Origin: Balanoglossus misakiensis
Lineage: Eukaryota; Animalia; Hemichordata
Direction of reading: 5' to 3'
Assembly (NCBI GenBank): GCA_040954595.2
Contig: CM082587.2
Span: 4,606,093 to 4,670,092, forward strand
DNA: 64,000 nucleotides
Below the pieces are notes generated by a model that was not told where the DNA came from, did not search any database, and was given only the letters and a program-made list of their open reading frames with translations. The translations under genes and the position numbers were made by a program. Each line of letters begins with the position of its first letter. Positions within the stretch are counted from its first letter, which is position 1. Below are positions 61,501 through 64,000 of the stretch, one piece after another.

Positions 61501-64000
61501 GATGGGTTTGTTGGCATGTATACATTTATGTATACGTATGTATGTGTGCCCGTGTGATATGTATATTTGTGTGTGTGTATGTTTATGTACATACATACAT
61601 TGGTTTCTTTCAGAGGGCCACTTCACATGGTGTACTCATACATGAAGCGTGGAGATTTAGAGCAAGCTTTGGAGAGATTGTCGGATGGCAAACTAGATTC
61701 CAACAAATGCATCACAATTGTTGCACAGATCAGCGCAGCTTTGACATACCTCCACAACCAGAGGTAAGTTCATATATATAGCTGTTATTTGTATTGTATT
61801 GTATTGTATTGTAGTGTGTTGTGTTGTGTTGTGTTGTGTTGTGTTGTGTTGTGTTGTATTGTATTGTATTGTATTGTATTGTATTGTATTGTATTGTATT
61901 GCATTGCATTGCATTGCATTGCATTGCATTGTATTGTATTGTATTGCATTGCATTGCATTGTATTGTATTGTATTGTATTGTATTGTATTGTATTGTATT
62001 GTATTGTATTGTATTGTATTGTATTGTATTGTATTGTATTGTATTGTATTGTATTGTATTGTATTAATAAGACCAGCAGTTCAATTGTCGTTTCTAATCA
62101 GTTTTAACTGTGAAAAGGGACAATTTATGGTTCGAACATCCTTGGTTCTTATTGAGACCATGCACTAAATCAGCAACCAGGTTCATTTGTAACAGATGAT
62201 CATGTCAAGCTTATCCAATGTTTTTTCTCTTTCAAGCCCACCAATTATCCATCTTGACGTCACACCAGCAAATATCCTGCTAGATGAATTCTTCAACGCA
62301 AGACTTGGAGATGTTGGTTTTTGCCATGATAAAAAAACTGTGGATAGTGATCCTTTGAAAATTCATGCCGTATTCTCTCCTGGTACACCCGGATACCAAG
62401 ATCCTTCTCTGTTGGAGGATTGGTCCTTCCAGCCGACAAATGATGTGTTCAGTCTAGGTGTTGGTAAGAATCCAGAGTTTTGTTCTGACGTGTGCTTGTG
62501 CGATCGGAGGTTTAATTTAGACAGACTGTCAGTACATGGTTTGAGGTTTGACACCTGTAAAATGTCTCACTTTAGCATAATTTGCATGTAATAGTGCCCA
62601 TGTCCACATAGAGCTCTACGCAGTATCATTTTTAAAACCAATTACTTTTGTTTTGGTTTGTATAATGTGCTGTGTTGTGTTGTGTTGTGTTGTGTTGTGT
62701 TGTGTTGTGTTGTGTTGTGTTGTGTTGTGTTGTGTTGTGCTATGTTGTGCTGTGTTTTACAATTACAGTGATGCTGCGAATGTTGACTGGAATGCCAGCA
62801 CTCGTCAATGATGTACAAAAACCACCACTGTCCTTGCATGCGCATCTCCGAAAGCAAGATTGTTTCAAAGACATACAGAAGCTGTTCCAAAAAGTCATCA
62901 GGGTATAGAATTAATAATGTTTATTTTGAATTTTGGCCACTTGAACATGCGCAGGGACGTCTCATCTTAAACCAATTGGGGCAAAATAGATGACATTTTT
63001 TTTCAATGTTTTAAGGTTACATAATTATTTAGGCAATGAACAGATATAATAATCATGCATTCAGTGTATCAATACATTGGAAAGATTTGTTTAATTATGC
63101 CATTTCTTTAATCTTTTTTCCCTGCAGTGTGTGTGGCTTTCTGATGAGAACAAAACAAATGCTAAAGCATTTGCAGAACTTATGTGCAAGTGCATTAAAC
63201 CAGCGTCGGAAGAGAGAATTTCAATGGCAGAACTCCACAAACAAATGAAGGTAAAGAGTTTTTGTGCTTAATAAATGGCGACAAAAATTGCATCTATGAT
63301 GAACAGATCACATGATATTATATGGAAAAATTCGATTCAGATTGCATAATGCTGCTTGTTTTAAAGTCGTACTCTTTTTTGTATTCATGGTTTGCATACA
63401 GGACCTGGTTCTTGACCACCTCTTCCATAAATCAGTGGATGGGACTGCAGAGGAACTGTGTGTCTTTTGCCATTTAAACCCAATTGGTAAGAAATATAAA
63501 AAGGTGTAATTTTTCAGCATATTCACATGATGTTTATCATCAAACAAATATATGTGATGTCGGGGATGTTTTGTCTCACGCTTGCCAGTGACCCATTGTA
63601 AGACAAAAGTCCCCAACTTGTGTAAGGTATATCTACCGGTAATCCCAGATAATTTAGGACGTGTGATTCACTTTATTCACTCTTTAATTTCAGTGCGTGA
63701 TCTCCACTTAATCAGCAAACAATGTACTGATACATGTGATGTAGCGTGTGTACAGTGTCTGATAGATTCCAAGACAAATCCGTTGGTATGCCCTGAGCAC
63801 GGGCCAGCACAGCCACCCATTGGTGAGTTACTGAGATTGGAATCATGAGTGTTTTCCAGAATCATTCTCTGATTCACTTGTGGCAGCACAAAATGTACCT
63901 TACATTAGTGCATCCAATTGCAATAATCCACAGGAAAGTTTCTTTACTCATCAATACTTAAAACGTGCACACATATGGATCTTTGTATTTCTGACAGATG
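58502..64000 (+). CDS. Death domain + Pro/Ser/Thr linker + Pelle/IRAK-type kinase + Cys-rich RING-like region, 3'-partial. Exons 58502-58514, 59031-59315, 59519-59683, 60031-60537, 60862-60968, 61397 (or 61382)-61461, 61614-61763, 62237-62463, 62769-62902, 63128-63250, 63402-63486, 63694-63822, 63998-
   Basis: LKVFTREKIDAIANEF...IQKGSFGDVYKG, VAIKHV, RHPYIVPIIG, MVYSYMKRGDL (Tyr gatekeeper), ISAALTYLH, IIHLDVTPANILLDEFFNARLGDVG, GTPGYQDP, NDVFSLGVVMLRMLTG. Confidence 0.88.
58780..58910. repeat. (CACT)n microsatellite
   Basis: Read directly. Confidence 0.95.
61790..62065. repeat. Compound pentanucleotide microsatellite (GTATT/GTGTT/GCATT)n
   Basis: Read directly; source of several spurious ORFs. 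Confidence 0.95.
62666..62756. repeat. (GTGTT)n microsatellite
   Basis: Read directly. Confidence 0.95.

Noticed and set aside
61693-62168. ORFs with (CIVLY)n / (NTIQY)n repeats
   Set aside because: Translations of the pentanucleotide microsatellite

Overview
AT-rich, intron-containing animal genomic DNA with GT-AG introns, microsatellites and frequent TACATGTA. It is probably a marine invertebrate deuterostome, but the taxon is an inference. Spliced models were built by hand from splice sites and reading-frame phase. In order, the window holds: sulfiredoxin (-) head-to-head with EEIG1/FAM102 (+, 15-kb first intron); an M6PR/ATG27-like receptor (-); DPM2 (+); an ApoD-like lipocalin (-); and an intronless chimeric gene (histone H4-like N-terminus + BACK + Kelch, no BTB) split by a 992-bp TIR transposon. 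Then come three death-domain (DD) genes (-): DD-only, triple-DD and MyD88-like DD-only. After them lie two SLC16/MCT paralogues flanking a flavin monooxygenase, and a DD-Pelle/IRAK-type kinase with a Cys-rich RING-like tail that runs off the window end. The most interesting candidates are the clustered DD adaptor/kinase kit built from two shuffled DD exon types, and the H4-BACK-Kelch chimera.
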